Below, piece after piece: positions 23,396-36,310 of a DNA stretch of 64,000 nucleotides. The notes beneath the pieces are model-generated. The model searched no databases. It had not been told where the DNA came from and saw nothing but the letters and a program-made list of their open reading frames with translations. The DNA is taken from contig NW_015160218.1 of NCBI RefSeq assembly GCF_001447785.1, positions 149,262 to 213,261 of the forward strand. Direction: 5' to 3'. Position numbers and translations under genes: made by a program. The DNA comes from Gekko japonicus (lineage: Eukaryota). The first letter of the stretch is position 1. Each line of letters opens with the position of its first letter.

Positions 23396-26300
23396 ATATT
23401 CTTTTCACATTTCACCACAGCCCATGGGGTGGAAGGCACAAGAAGGCCATTTGGCATGGTCTCAGACTTTTTCATATCTGCTAAGCTTCACAACTTATTT
23501 TTGTGCACATCATGTGTCATCATTAAAAAAATATATGGCTAGGAGCCTCAGAACAGGATATGGACTGTTATTTGCAACATGTTTGGCTGGTTTGTGTGTG
23601 TGTGTGTGTGTGTGTGTGTTAAATGACCACTGAATTGAAAATCACATTTTAAACAGCGGGGTTTGTAGCCCGCCAACCATGAAAAAATGCATCAATTTCC
23701 CCTATGTTCCTCTCCTTGCACCAATACTTTCTGATCCCTGGAAGGATAATGCTCAGAATGAAAGGGCCTGCATGGACCATGTTGGTGAGGGACCATAATG
23801 TAGATGAGGGAGGGGGCAAAATCACCCCCCTTTTCCCTCCCCAGCAAGAGACGTTTTGTTAATTGAAGAGGGAGGAGGGGAGGCTCTTCTACATACTTCT
23901 TGTAGATCTCATGGAATTCAGTGAAACTTGCTTCTGATTAAATATGCCTCCAATCAGATTGCATAAATGAATAAAAGCACTTCAGAATATTTGTGAAGAA
24001 AATATGTAATTATTGTTTCATCATCATTTTCTAGAGCATTTAACATTTACTAGGCACCTGTTAAAAATCCATAAGAATCCCAACAAAATCCCCCCTCCAC
24101 CCTTGCAACATTCAATCCACTAAAGATTTAACAGAGCAAAGTTCTATCTGCTGGTCCAGTGGTTCCTTAATGTTATTTATGCAGCATGGGAGCCCTGTTT
24201 CACACCTAAGCCGTGACATACCTGCATATGATAAAGCATAGCCATTTCCTTTAGTCTTTACTACCTGCACACTGCATCTTTTGCTCGTTATCTCTTTATC
24301 TTACTAGCTAATGTGCTTTTTATTATAGAAAAAAGTCAAATATAGTGCATAATTTAGCATTAACTCATCGTCTTAGCACTGGTAGTCCATATGCTGTTAT
24401 AATTCACAATGTTACTAATATAACTTTAAGAAGAGATTGGTTTGCATATATGCTCATTGATTTAAAGCATTTGTCAGTCAGATGAACAAGGACTTTTCAC
24501 AGCTGTAGCCTGAATGCCCCCTAAAATGCCTTGATCTACCAGAGCCTGCTGCCCCTGTTGATGTGGATACACAACTGAGCACATAGTCCCATCTGGCACT
24601 TTCCTGTCCTATAGGTGGCAGGTCAAAATATTTCATGTTACCTAGGCTTTTCACTGGAAGTGTTCCATCTTTTTAATCTATTTTGCAACAGACTTTTAGC
24701 TTGTGGGTTGGTTAATTAATATAATTTTAGGCTGCTTGTTTAACATTTATGGGTTTTAAAAATGATTGTATTGTATTTGTTTTTGTTTTGTGAGTAGCCT
24801 TGAGAAGAGCTGCAAAAAAGACGCTATATACTTCCCCCCCAAAAAAATACTTCATAATGCTCATCCATGCCGTATTCAACTCTCTGGATGCATCTTTTGA
24901 AATGAATATTTATTTATTAGTATTTATTTACTTCATTTGTATCCGGCCTTTCTCCCCAGTGTGGACCCAAAGTGGCTTACACCATTGTCCTCACCCCCCT
25001 TTTATCCTCACAAGACTGAGAGTATGTGACTAGCCCAAGGTCACCCAGCAAGCTTCCATGGCAGGGTGGGGATCTGAACAATGGTCACCCACTCTAACCA
25101 CTACACACACTGGCTGCTCACATACACCCCAGGACCATCAGTTTTTCCTTGAGGTTTGGGAGAAGGTATGCCTACTTAGACTAATGTCTGAGTCCATACA
25201 ACTGAACAGGACAAAACCTGCTCAGATTCTAGTCTTGCATGCCATCATACTTGCACACTTGGTTGGATTCTATACATCATAAATGAAGAAGAATCTTTCC
25301 TCTCTTCCCTTAACCCCAACAGCTTCCTTTTAGTGCCAAATGGTGATGCTAGGAGTTGGTGGACCCACATGAATCAAAAGCCACACAACACACCTAGTGT
25401 CTGTGAGCAGGGGAAGTATGTCAAGTTACCCTCTCTACCTTTTACGCCCAGGGGTGGCTTGCACACTAGTAGGGTTACCAGCATGAGGCTGGCAACTGGT
25501 GGGAGACTGAAGAGTGGGAAGGCCCTTGCTGGTGACATAGTGATGATGCTGGTGGCATTTGGTGCAAACAGAAGTTACGTCATTGCATCGCTGGTGACAT
25601 TCTAGCATTCGGCCACAGTTTTGGGCAAATGCTAGACTGCCACTGGCAGTGTGATGATGTCGCTTCTGGTTGTGACATAAGCAGCAGCTCCAGATCACTG
25701 GCACCCACTGTAGCAAAGAGCAGCACCAGGATCTGTGACTGCAGGCTAGGTGGAATGGGCAGCAACAGGTCAGCTGGTGGGTGGGCATGCACCCAGGCTG
25801 GCCAGGGTGGGGGGGCATGCCTGGACCAGCCAGAAGAGTGAGCACTAGGCCCAGCTGACCTATGGCACAAAAAACTCTTGTGCTGGACCTACTTATGCCA
25901 CTGCAGCTCCTTGTGCCAGACAAAGTGCCCCTAGTGGAACAGGCAGGAGGAGTAATTTTGCCCACTTCCCATCTCTTACTAAAGCCATCTGTGCTGGATG
26001 GCCATTTGCCCACAAGGGTACCCCAACCCCTGCGGTCAGCTTTCATGCACTTATAGGAGACTGCTAGGAGAAGGGGAGGGCAAGGCAGGAATCATCTGCC
26101 TTTGCCTGTACCATATGGTGGTGATTTATTGAATCGAACCCAGTGCTTCCACACAGTGGCACTGTGATGGCTTCCGCACTTAGATTGTCAGAGAGAATGA
26201 GAGATTGTTTTGGAAAGAAAGAGAGAACATCATTCACGCGATTGGTGGAACCCGGTAGAGCTATAGAAAGTGATCACAGCTGAGTGGTAAAGCATGTGTG

Positions 26301-27149
26301 TTGCATGCAAGCACCCCCCCAGGTTCCAGGCCAATCACCTCTGCCTAAAAGGTCTCAGGAACCAGCACTGTTGCCTGTTAGGTAATTCTGCTCAAAATAA
26401 ATGAGATTTGGTATAAGGCAGATTTATATGTCTATGAATAATTCCATATACATGTGCGAATCAGGTACCTGTCCCTGGGAAAGCATCAATTTAGCCAAGC
26501 ATGTTAGATTTTTGAGAAAGTTGAGTGGAAATGTTCAGAATGGAACGCTATCAAGGAGCAACATGTTGAACATGCCAAGCATCACAGGTGATTATGCAGA
26601 GGCTATGGATTGTAATAGATTTGTCATTTCTTGGCATTTGTGATTGACACACCAATAAAACTGCCACTTATTTAAACCAAGTTTGATTGTCTTGGTAAGT
26701 AATAGAATGTCGACTCATTTTTTGAGCTCTAGCTTTTTGTTGTGCAGGGGCGTCCTCATTCTTCACACAGCAGAAGCACACAACGAGAAAGGCCCAGCTT
26801 CTTTTCAATGTTGCATCAAGGATAGACTCATTCCGGTTCATTTTCATTCTTGGGCTGAGTAGGAAATGGTAGAAAATTAAACTTGACACCTGCTCTAAGT
26901 GAATTAATCTCTCTTGCAGAAATTTGACCTCCTGTATTAACTTGTGCAGAGGCATAATTTGAAGTTCTCAGAACTCAAAATCAGGCCAGATGATTTTTTT
27001 TTAAAAAAATCTTTTTTAAAAAAATCACCTCTTCATTTAGAAACCAAATGAATCATAACGTTGAAAGTGCTGAGCATCCAGCTGCTCTCCTTTCATTATC
27101 TACAGACAGATTTTATAAGGCTTCTACATAGTGAGAAAACAGAGATGAC

Positions 27150-27810
27150 ATTCTTTGAGACATGAGTAGGTCTTTTATGGAAATCTCTGAAGTTGCTCTG
27201 GAACAGAGAACATTGGATCTGAATGTGCTCTCCCTTACTATTTAACTCGGCTCCAATGATCCCACATCAATATGCTTATTACCTATCTATATTAACAGTT
27301 CTAAGATAACACCATGTGTTTACACTGGCTAGATTTAACGTGCCACCATCTGCACTCCCGTCAGGAAGATAGTGAAACTTTCCATCTAGTTGTAGATTTT
27401 GTCCTTGCTCTGTTAACCTGATGGAGACATTAGTTCATGTGTTTTTCCACTGTAGATTCTATGTATAGGCATGTTAAGATTTACTGGAACCTGTGTTGAC
27501 TCATAAGAAACTGTTCTCCGAGCAGAAGACTCTCCAAATCTTATTGGCAAGGGTTGATCAAAGAACTACTGTATCTGTGGCAAAGTTTGTATGTTCTTCA
27601 ATGAACATATGAGCTGAGATAACATCCAGTGCATAATTTACATAGATTCTAACCTTTTGATTGTTAAATATATTAGGATGAATGATGTATGGACAGATTC
27701 AATGTAGACAATTAATTTTATATTAGTGTTTTTATCTGTTTTTACTTCTCTGAATGGCCTGCAGGCCATAATAAAGATTGACTGACTGAACTTCACTGAT
27801 GTATCATCTC
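27150..27810 (+). mobile_element. Old LINE ORF2 C-terminus (RTE-X-like) with CCHC finger
   Basis: Hand translation FTLARFNVPPSALPSGR..CRFCPCSVNLMETLVHVFFHC...VAKF, with stops. Confidence 0.6.
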
Positions 27811-27856
27811 TTCCATGAGGATTAGGGACTCTTTCAATGCATAATGTAGTTGCAAA

Positions 27857-28735
27857 CAGAGTTCTCAAAACTGGCTTGAGAAGTTCTTGGAGATTTAGGG
27901 TCAGTGCCTAGAGAGGGCAGAATTTAAGGAGAAGAGGGAGCTCAGTGGTGATATGATGGACTTTAGTTTCTCCTACACTCTGTGGTATACCGTACCATTC
28001 TCCTCCCCAAAGCTGCTATTTGCTCCAGTGGGACTGATGTCTCTAGTATGGAGATCAGTTGTAAATCATTCTGGGAGAATGTAAGGATTAGAACTTACAG
28101 ATCTTAGGTTTTCATTAATGCGACCAAGCTATAAGTTTTCACAGGCTGGTTGCAGCCTGTTTGGGCTGAGCGTTAATTAAAAACACCTGGTGGCCTTGAC
28201 CAACTGATAAGATGCCTTTACCGAACGTCGGGCAGTAGTCACACAGGGAAGGAACAGAGGCTGAGGCCTCCAGGACTGCCAACAGGAATGCTGTGGACTA
28301 TGCCTGTGGGAGTGGACTCTCTTTCTTAAGCCTTCGGGTGAGAAAGCCGGGTCGCAAGATTACCCCAGTGAAGGAAGCCACAAGGAGTTAATGCTTCAGG
28401 CTCAGCCTCTGCCCAGTGCAAGTATGGTGTCGTTGTTTTTTTGCCATTGCTATAATTTGTGATTGGTTTCTGCCGAGCAAACACTCTTAGTTATTTTAAA
28501 GGACTCAAATAAATGCAGAGGTATTTCTTAACCCACCACGCTGAGAGTGTCTGCTGAGTGTCTGTCTGCATCCTTGAGGGGAACCCAGATGAAAAGGAGC
28601 CTCAGCAAAGGACCAGGACCTAGTGAGAATCCCAGGGCCACAGGTGGCTGTGAGCTCAGCGCCTGAGAACGGGAGAGAGTTTGTCCTTGGTCCAGACAGA
28701 GAACTTCAGGCCTCACCTTGAGGTTGGTAAGCCTA
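27857..28735. mobile_element. Decayed hAT MITE with a nested solo LTR
   Basis: TSD GTTGCAAA/GTTGCAAG; body similar to ~2577-2745 and 30720-30931. Confidence 0.7.
28080..28698 (+). mobile_element. Solo LTR, 619 bp
   Basis: TG...CA ends; perfect 5-bp TSD GAGAA at 28075-28079 and 28699-28703; AATAAA near 28508. Confidence 0.8.
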
Positions 28736-28747
28736 GTTGCAAGACTG

Positions 28748-29455
28748 CTAACTGGTACATCTTTATGGGGACACATCTCGCTAGTATTAAATCAATCCAT
28801 ATTCTATTTCTCACCTTTCCTCCAAGGAGCTCTAGGTGGCATACGTGGGTTTCATCTACTTTATTTTATTGCCATAACAATGCTGTGAAGTAGGATGATC
28901 TGAGAGAGAGTGATGAGCCCAAGATCACCCAGTGAACTTCATGACCAAGTATTTGAACCCAGGTCTTGCTGGTCTTGATCCAATATACTAACTACTATGC
29001 CATATGAGTTCTTGCCTTCCCTGGTTACCACTTCACTTCCAAGCTCAATTCTGGATTCTTACCTTAAAAGCCCTAACATCCAGGGAGCAAGGAATCTTGA
29101 GGTTCATCTCCTCCTTTATGAACCCACTCATGAATTTGATCCCTTTAATCAGGAGGTGCCTGTTCCTGTGGGTTCCTATCACACTAGTGGGTATGCAACT
29201 GTCAGTAGAAAGACACAGACTTGAAAGTGTTACTGATATGAAACACTACAAAACATAGGGTTTCCAGCCCCCTACTGGGGATGAAGGAACCCTCACCCCA
29301 GCCCCCCACCTGCTGCCAATTAGCTGGTTGGTGGGGGGACTTACCAGGAGCAAAAGGAAGCCTAGTCTGGCATCACCAGCAATACAGCTTGATTGAGTCA
29401 ATATGGATTGATTTAATACTAGCAAGATGTGTCCCCATAAAGATGTACCAGTTAG
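28748..29455. repeat. 56-bp inverted repeat pair (28748-28803 and 29400-29455)
   Basis: One mismatch between one arm and the reverse complement of the other. Confidence 0.93.
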
Positions 29456-30719
29456 GAGTGTGTACCAGAAGTGACATTGCTGCATTGCTCCTTTTGCTCT
29501 TGGTGTACTGGCTTGCAGGCTTTGAGTATCAGGTGTCAGACGTCAAGCAAGACAAGTCCAGGCATCAGGCAAGGCAAAGTTGGTGGCTTAGCATCTATCG
29601 TGTCCATGCCTAACAGCCTTTGTTGGCTGCTTTTACAGCCCCACGCCTATGGGTCATCCTTGCAGCCAGTTGCTCAGAAGAAGCAATCCTGCAACTACTC
29701 TTCTTTGTTATCAGCAAGCAGCTGGCATCGGGCCAGGAGGTGTGCACTTTGCTGTCTTGTCTGTAGCTCTGTTCTCAGCTGCCATCTGCAGTGCTCTACG
29801 GGTGTAAGTGATACTGGTAGGCTGGAAATGGCCAACTTTATATGCTGAATCTAGGCAGGAGGGTGTCAGTGGCTCTGCACCAGCTGTTGGCTGTGAATCC
29901 TGACAATCCCACAGCTCATTTTCCTACTCATCAGCTTCTCTTAACTCAGGACTAGCTACACAAAGCTCCTCTTCTCCTGAGGAATCCTCTTTTCCTGAGG
30001 AGACCCCACTATCACTGAGACCTGGCTGATCTATTTCACCTGGAATAGTGTATGGTCTCCACCCCACCTCTTGAAAGGGAGGGCTGTGTAGTCAGGTAAG
30101 GTGATGAGGTAGACAAGGAAGAGGGCTGTATTGCTGGGGGGAGAGGAGGGGCCTCCTGGGATTTGGTGGGGCTATTTAGGGTGCTTGTGGGGGAGAAAGT
30201 GGGTATTTAGAGTGGTGGTGATGATGAAGTTGTCATGTGGGGGAGGGAAAGAAGATATTTGGGGTGGGTGAGGCTTGGGTGGTAGAGTTGTGGGGGTTAG
30301 GGGAATGACTGTATGTGAGGCTTCTTTGAGTGGGGAGAAGGAAGGGCTTTGGGGTGCATGAGGCTTTGGAGATAGAACTGTAGGGGTTGGAGGTATAAGT
30401 TGGGGGGATAATCACATGAGGGGGCTTCTTTGAGGGGGGAAGAGAAGAGTTTGGGTGTGAGAGGGATGTGGTAATGGGGGGAAGCCTAACCTGGGAGGAA
30501 CTGGAAAAGCTTGGATATTGTCTGGCTGTGATGGGAAACAGCTGGGAAGTGTAAAGCAGGGTGCGAGATGGGGCACCACCCCCTATAGATGGAAAGCCTG
30601 AGGAAGCTAGAAGTATCCATTGGGTCAGGGAAGGGCCATGAGAGGGACCTGGGAAGTATACTGGGGTTTCTAAAGGGGGTCAACATATGGGGGGTTTTCT
30701 CCTATTATGGGAGGGAAGG

Positions 30720-30931
30720 TAGAGTTGCCAACCTCTGGGTGGGGCCTGGGGGTATCTTTGATTTGTAACTGGTCTCCAGACTAAAGAGATCAGTTCACCT
30801 GGAGAAAACAGATGCTTTGGAGGGTGGACTCTACGGCATTATACCCTGATGAGGTCCCTCTCCTCTTCATGCCTAGCCCTCAACCCCCAGCAAACCTCCA
30901 GGAATTTCCCAAGCCAGAGCTGGCAGCCTTA
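30720..30931. mobile_element. hAT MITE
   Basis: TAGAGTTGCCA...TGGCAGCCTTA ends; ~7/8 TSD (GGGAAGGT/GGGATGGT). Confidence 0.75.
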
Positions 30932-31552
30932 GGGATGGTATACTTTGTTCTGGGCTGTAGGAAGAGATGGTGGCCAGTGGAAGCAGGACCAAGGGAAGGG
31001 CCTGGAGTGCTTAGGATAGAACTTAGTAACAGACAATGCAAGAAATGGGTCCACCTTTTTAAGGAGAGATATTTGAGCTGTCATTGGGAAGGGGTTCTTG
31101 GGAAAGAAATGTCTTGTGATAGGAAGACTGTTATAACATGGAGGATCTCTGAAGAGAAGAGTGAGAAGGTCTAGAATCAACTATAGGAATGGAGAAGACT
31201 TGGACCTGGACTAATATTTATAAAGGTTGGAGAAGGAAGATCTCTGTTTGCTTCAGTGGCATATTTTTTAAAAAAACCTTTTGTTGATTTTTAATCTTCA
31301 TGCTTGCAACAGCCTTGTGTGGAAAGTCCTTAAATTAATTCCATTTTACTGATGATGCAACTGAGGCAAGGGCTCAACCCAAGGCCTTATCAGTTGCCAG
31401 GGCCATGCATGGGCTTGAATCCAAGCTGTGTCCCTTTCTTTGCTGCCCCCGTCAGTTGAAAAGGGAGGAACTGTAAAGGGTTGGTTTTTTTGGGGGGAAG
31501 GAAAGTCTCTATGTATATTTTGCTGGGTGGATTCTGAAGTAGGAGAGCACTG

Positions 31553-31770
31553 GGGGGGGCTGTGGCTCAGTGAAAAATCCTCTGCTTTGCATTCAGAAGG
31601 TCCCAGGCTTAATCCTCAGCATCTCCAGTTAGAAGGACCATGTAGTAGGCAATGTGAGAGACTTCCACCTAAGACCCTGGAGATCTGCTGCCAATCTGAG
31701 TAGCTGAATACTGACCTTAATTGACCAAGGGTCTGATTTAATATAAGGCAGCTTCAGGTGTTCATGTGCT
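31553..31770 (+). mobile_element. tRNA-headed SINE
   Basis: GGGGCTGTGGCTCAGTG A box; TTGCA anticodon-like region; degenerate B box. Confidence 0.65.
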
Positions 31771-32327
31771 CATGGAACACTCAGCTATCATCCATGCTAT
31801 GCCACTATTATCTCAACAAAAGCCACAGTTTCTTGTGGCAAAAAACACAGAGCCAGTGTCTGAATTCCATTTTGTTCAAAGAGGGATGCTGTAATGGGAC
31901 CAGTCCAGGGCCAAACCAGATTCACACTACTCTGTAAAGAGAGAGGTGATCTACTTTACAAGCCCCATTTACTATAAGGTAGCCTACATTTGTTCTAAAC
32001 TGATTTAAAAAATCAGGAAACCGTCTTCTCTCAGGAAAGGTCACTGCATGAGCTTTTTTATTATTTCGGAAGTATTAATTACATGCTGAAGTGTTTCGCA
32101 AGATCAGAGCAGAGTGTTCAACACTTCACATACAAATGCAAGAACTGATACGAATAAGGTACATGATGATGATTTTAATTGAGCTCGATTCTATTGTTCC
32201 CTTCCATTGTTAGGACCCTTGCACAGGAGGAAAGAGTCTTCTTCCAGACCAGTGAAGGGCAGTCATACCATCCAATCTACTGCTTATAGAGCCCTTTAGA
32301 ATAATGCATCCATAAGAGAACATAAGA

Positions 32328-32673
32328 GCTGCGGTGGCTCAAGTGGTTAAGACGCGGAACTGCAGTCTGTGGAAGTTCAGTAGTTCAGTGGTTCAAGACC
32401 CGGGTGCCGCAAGACAGGGTGAGCTCCTGTCTCTAGTTCCAGCTCCTGCCAACCTAGCAGTTCGAAAGCAAGAAATTGCAAGTAGATAAATAGGGACCAC
32501 TTCGGTGGGAAGGGAACAGCGTTCCGTGCGCCTTGGTGTTTAGTCATGCCGGCCACATGACCACGGAAACGTCTTCGGACAGCGCTGGCTCTTCGGCTTT
32601 GTAACGGAGATGAGCACCGCAACCCTAGAGTCGGATTCGACTGGCTTTCGAGCAAGGGAACCTGTACCTTTAC
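32328..32673 (+). mobile_element. Sauria SINE, full length, inserted in a CR1 tail
   Basis: tRNA-like head; CCTGCCAACCTAGCAGTTCGAAAGCA core; ACCTTT-type tail; 15-bp TSD TAAGAGAACATAAGA at 32313-32327 and 32674-32688. Confidence 0.92.
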
Positions 32674-32890
32674 TAAGAGAACATAAGAACTTAAGAGACG
32701 CCGATGTTGGATCAGGCCAAAGGGCCATCCAGTCCAACACTCTGTCACACAGTGGCCAAAAATTCCAGGTGCCATCAGGAGGTCCACCAGTGGGGCCAGG
32801 ACATTAGAAGCCCTCCCACTATCCCTTCTACCCCAAGCACCAAGAAGACAGAGCATCCCTTGCCCCAGACTGAGATACACTCCCCACTGA
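32674..32890 (-). mobile_element. CR1 3' end (same subfamily as 50394-50701)
   Basis: Reverse complement closely matches ~50530-50700; CATAAGAA tail repeats. Confidence 0.88.
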
Positions 32891-32999
32891 TGGACCTCTG
32901 ATGGGTGGGGAGTGTACGTCTGGTCTAGAAGCCCAGATTATTGCGCAGATGTCCCCTACACAGTGCTGAGCACAGCTGATACCTGCAAGTCTGTCACCT

Positions 33000-33830
33000 G
33001 AAAGGTGATCCTTATTCTTGGCTGCATCTATTAGTGTATTCCATCTAAGCTTTCTAGCCAAATTTTTCTTACTTCTCAGGAGGTATTTATAGGCCTTCTT
33101 TTTTGCTTGTACTTCTAGTTTATTATCAATCACTGGGTCTTTATGAAATTCTTTGAGGCTCCTAATAAGTCTCTGTTTTGCCTGGACACAGTCCTTATCA
33201 AACCAGCTTTTATTATTGGGACACCCCATCTGGGAATTATTATTTTCATGAGATAGAAGAAAGGATAGATGGACCGTTAGTTGTGCATAGATATTAAGAA
33301 TAGGAGCTTCATGCTTAGGACCCTCTTTCGTCACTGGAGATGATAATTTTCTGTAGATATCCCTCCCTAATTCAGATGTTGTCCACGCTAGAAATTTATC
33401 ATTCAGCTTGGGACACCAGTTAAGTTTCCGTCTGCTTGTTATATTATCCACTTTTAAGAAGGTTCCATGGGCTTTGTATAGGGGGGCAGACCCTACATCC
33501 CAGCTTAAATTGAGCGGCAGATGGTCACTCTCAACTCGCTCTTCAATATAGAGGCACTTTACCCTTTCAAACATATCATTGGTGGTTATCAAATAGTCTA
33601 TAGTGGAATGTCTGTTACTAGACCAATAAGTGTATTGCCCCGGGTAATCACCTAGAATTACTCCATTTAAAATCTTAAGATTCAGTTTGTGCGTCAGCTG
33701 GGCTAAACAGAGCCCTGCATAATTCACAACCACATCCAATGAACATCGATCGTTTGGCCCATCCACACCCTCCCCATCCCATGATTCTATCCCAAACTTA
33801 TCAAATAGAATCTCATCATTTGCCCCCAGC
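33000..33830 (-). mobile_element. Internal LINE ORF2 fragment (APE endonuclease C-terminal half plus linker; RTE-X/L2-group-like)
   Basis: GQYTY...STIDYL...ESDHLPL and WFDKDC motifs in a stop-free frame of ORF 32828-33880. Confidence 0.85.
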
Positions 33831-33935
33831 CTTGCCATTGCCTTTGTCAGCGTAGCCTTCCTTGGTGGTCTGTCTGTCATTCAAGTTCCGGCCTCACTTA
33901 GCTTCTGAGATCTGATGAGATCAGGCTGCATTATG
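33831..33935 (-). mobile_element. 5S rRNA-derived SINE fragment
   Basis: Minus strand GCCTGATCTCATCAGATCTCAGAAGCTAAG resembles the 5S rRNA segment GCCCGATCTCGTCTGATCTCGGAAGCTAAG. Confidence 0.7.
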
Positions 33936-36310
33936 TTGCCTTCTCTCCCTTGAAGCCTGGAGTACATGTGGTGAATATAGAAAAGAGGGTGGAACAGGGA
34001 AAATTAAAATCTCAAGGGGAACAAAAATAATCATTCATATTTAATTACGATAAAGTCAATGAAGACTGTGAATCACAGAAGCAGCTTGTTCCCAACAGCA
34101 GTAACAGCAAATGCAGTGTACGTGAGTGTGTTAAAATCTCAGCTTGCAGCATGAGAATGCCAGTACCCTGTAGTCCTTGAGAGAACAAACCCATTAGTCT
34201 GTATGCTTTATTCCTGGACATAGAGTCCAATCTCATCTCCATAGAAATGAAATTCTAGCCAGGTACCATAGTTGTAGTGTATCGTAATCCAGATCTGAGT
34301 GAGAGGTTCCCAGACGACACGTTTTGAATAAGAAATCAAATCTTAGCCTGCATTTTTTTGAAAAGTCTTTAGCAAAATACAGGGTCTGGCATGCCTTGCA
34401 AAAGGAGAATGCTGAAAGATCTCTGCATTTGAAAGTAACGCTGATGGATCTTGAAAGGTCATTGTACACAGACATGCAGAAAAGATTATACTTGAAATCA
34501 AGCTCTTTCCTCCCTGGCAGTTCAGATCAGTAAGACTCTTGGGAGAAAATAGAAAAAGCAGGCAGCACCGGGGAAAAGCAGCCCCAAAGAATATTATTTA
34601 TACACACACACACACACACACACATACACACACATATGTATCTTTGGAACTGGGTTAAATGTTCACTAAATGGGGGGAAGCCCTCTTCCCAAGTATCATT
34701 AGAAATTGAGGAGCAAATCTGCCACCTGGATGAGAGATTACATGCTCTAGAAATCTGGGGTGGGGGGAGGCCCAAGATTTCCTTTGCAGGATTAAAGCTG
34801 AAATATACCCTTATTTAAAAGACAGTTGTAGTCAGTCCAAGCTGTATTTCAGAACTTTTATGCTAATTGTGTTTGTGGTGGTTATCTACTGAAAACGAGT
34901 AGTTTCCTATGGTCCTATTAGTGCAAAATGCATTGGATCCACTACTGGAATTTGGCTTCTGGGTAATTATGTTTGCATATGAAGACAGGAAAAGGATGTT
35001 AATTTTTTAAAAGTAAAAGTAAGCCTAAATTCAGCTGCTTGAGAGTCCCTTTTTGCAGTGTGGGCTGCATCGGGTACCAATCAATTCATTCAAATATCTC
35101 TGTACTGCCTTTCTTTCTGCAAATGAACTCAAGGTTCTCATCCTGAGCAAGTGTGCTGTTGTGGTCAGTGTATCACACGAGGATCTAGGGGACCCAGGTT
35201 TGAATCCCCACTCTGTAATGGGAGCTCACTGGGAGAGCTTGGGCCAGCCACACAGTCTTGACTTGACCTGTTGTGAGGGTAAAATGGAGAAAGTTGTAAG
35301 CCAGTTTTGGACCCCTTTGAGGGGGAAGACAGGGTATACATGAAGCAAGTGTATAAATGAGATAATTTACAAAATGGAGAATAGAAACTAGACAAACTAA
35401 TTCAAATTTTACCGATATAAAAGCCAACAATCTAAAATCAACAAAACTGACACCATAAAGCCACAGCCAATTTAAATCAAAAGCTTTCTTAATACGGTTT
35501 GGCTTAGCCTGTGAAAAATATCAAGAGAAGGCACTGCTTGAACTTCCACCAGCAGCCAATTTCAGAGCTACTACTGAAAAGGCTCCAGAACAGCTGCCCC
35601 AGTCAGTCCTTACTTTCTTGTAGGAGGGGGGCTGCAAGGAAATGTTGGCATGATGGATATACTTGACAGATGGGTGATTCATTCAGCTGTTCAGCAAATA
35701 GGTGGCTGGCCAAGCCATTGAGGGGAGAATTTTTTTGCCAGGAGAATAAACTGAAAACATGCACAGAAGTGCTTGAATCTTCATTAGAAAGGTTAGCGGC
35801 AACATATCAAATTGTGGTTTGTGTTCATGAAGAACAAGTTACATGAAGAATTTTCTGTTTTATGCAAGAGAAGGATATGTATTGGCCCTGTATATATGCA
35901 GTGTTACCATTCTTTGCTCATATGCTATCCTAATGTTTCTCTCAATACACATGCAACCAATTTGGGTGGGCTCTTAGGAGTCTGAATTTGTACCTAGCAG
36001 TAAAAAAATTTACTAAATAGTAAGGAGCGTAGAAGTCTAGACATGAGCCAATGTACTATAGAGTTTACAGTATTAATCCCCACTGTGGTACCTGCTGGTA
36101 CTTTGGCATCCATTTGCTTTGCTTCACCGGCTGTAGCTCTCATCTATCTCACTGGAGCTGAAGGTGTTTCAGCTAAACCCGGGAGCCATCACCCTTGTTT
36201 ATGCAAGGAGCACCAATTTGGAAACAGTTGTTTTCATCATAAAATGATGCATGGTGTGACGATACCTCTTTTTTATTTTGTGTGGTTAGGTATGATGTTT
36301 TAAATTTCTT

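Noticed and set aside
25435-26046. 203-aa ORF
   Set aside because: It lies in GC-rich MITE-like repeat sequence, with no recognisable domain or splice context
30100-30710. G-rich strand-biased tract
   Set aside because: Low-complexity decayed repeat with no definable unit or coding signal
32828-33880. 350-aa ORF as a single real protein
   Set aside because: It is a chimeric read-through: the start is in a SINE fragment, the middle is LINE endonuclease and the end is in a CR1 UTR
33860-33935. 5S rRNA gene
   Set aside because: Partial, diverged and followed by SINE body; not a functional 5S gene
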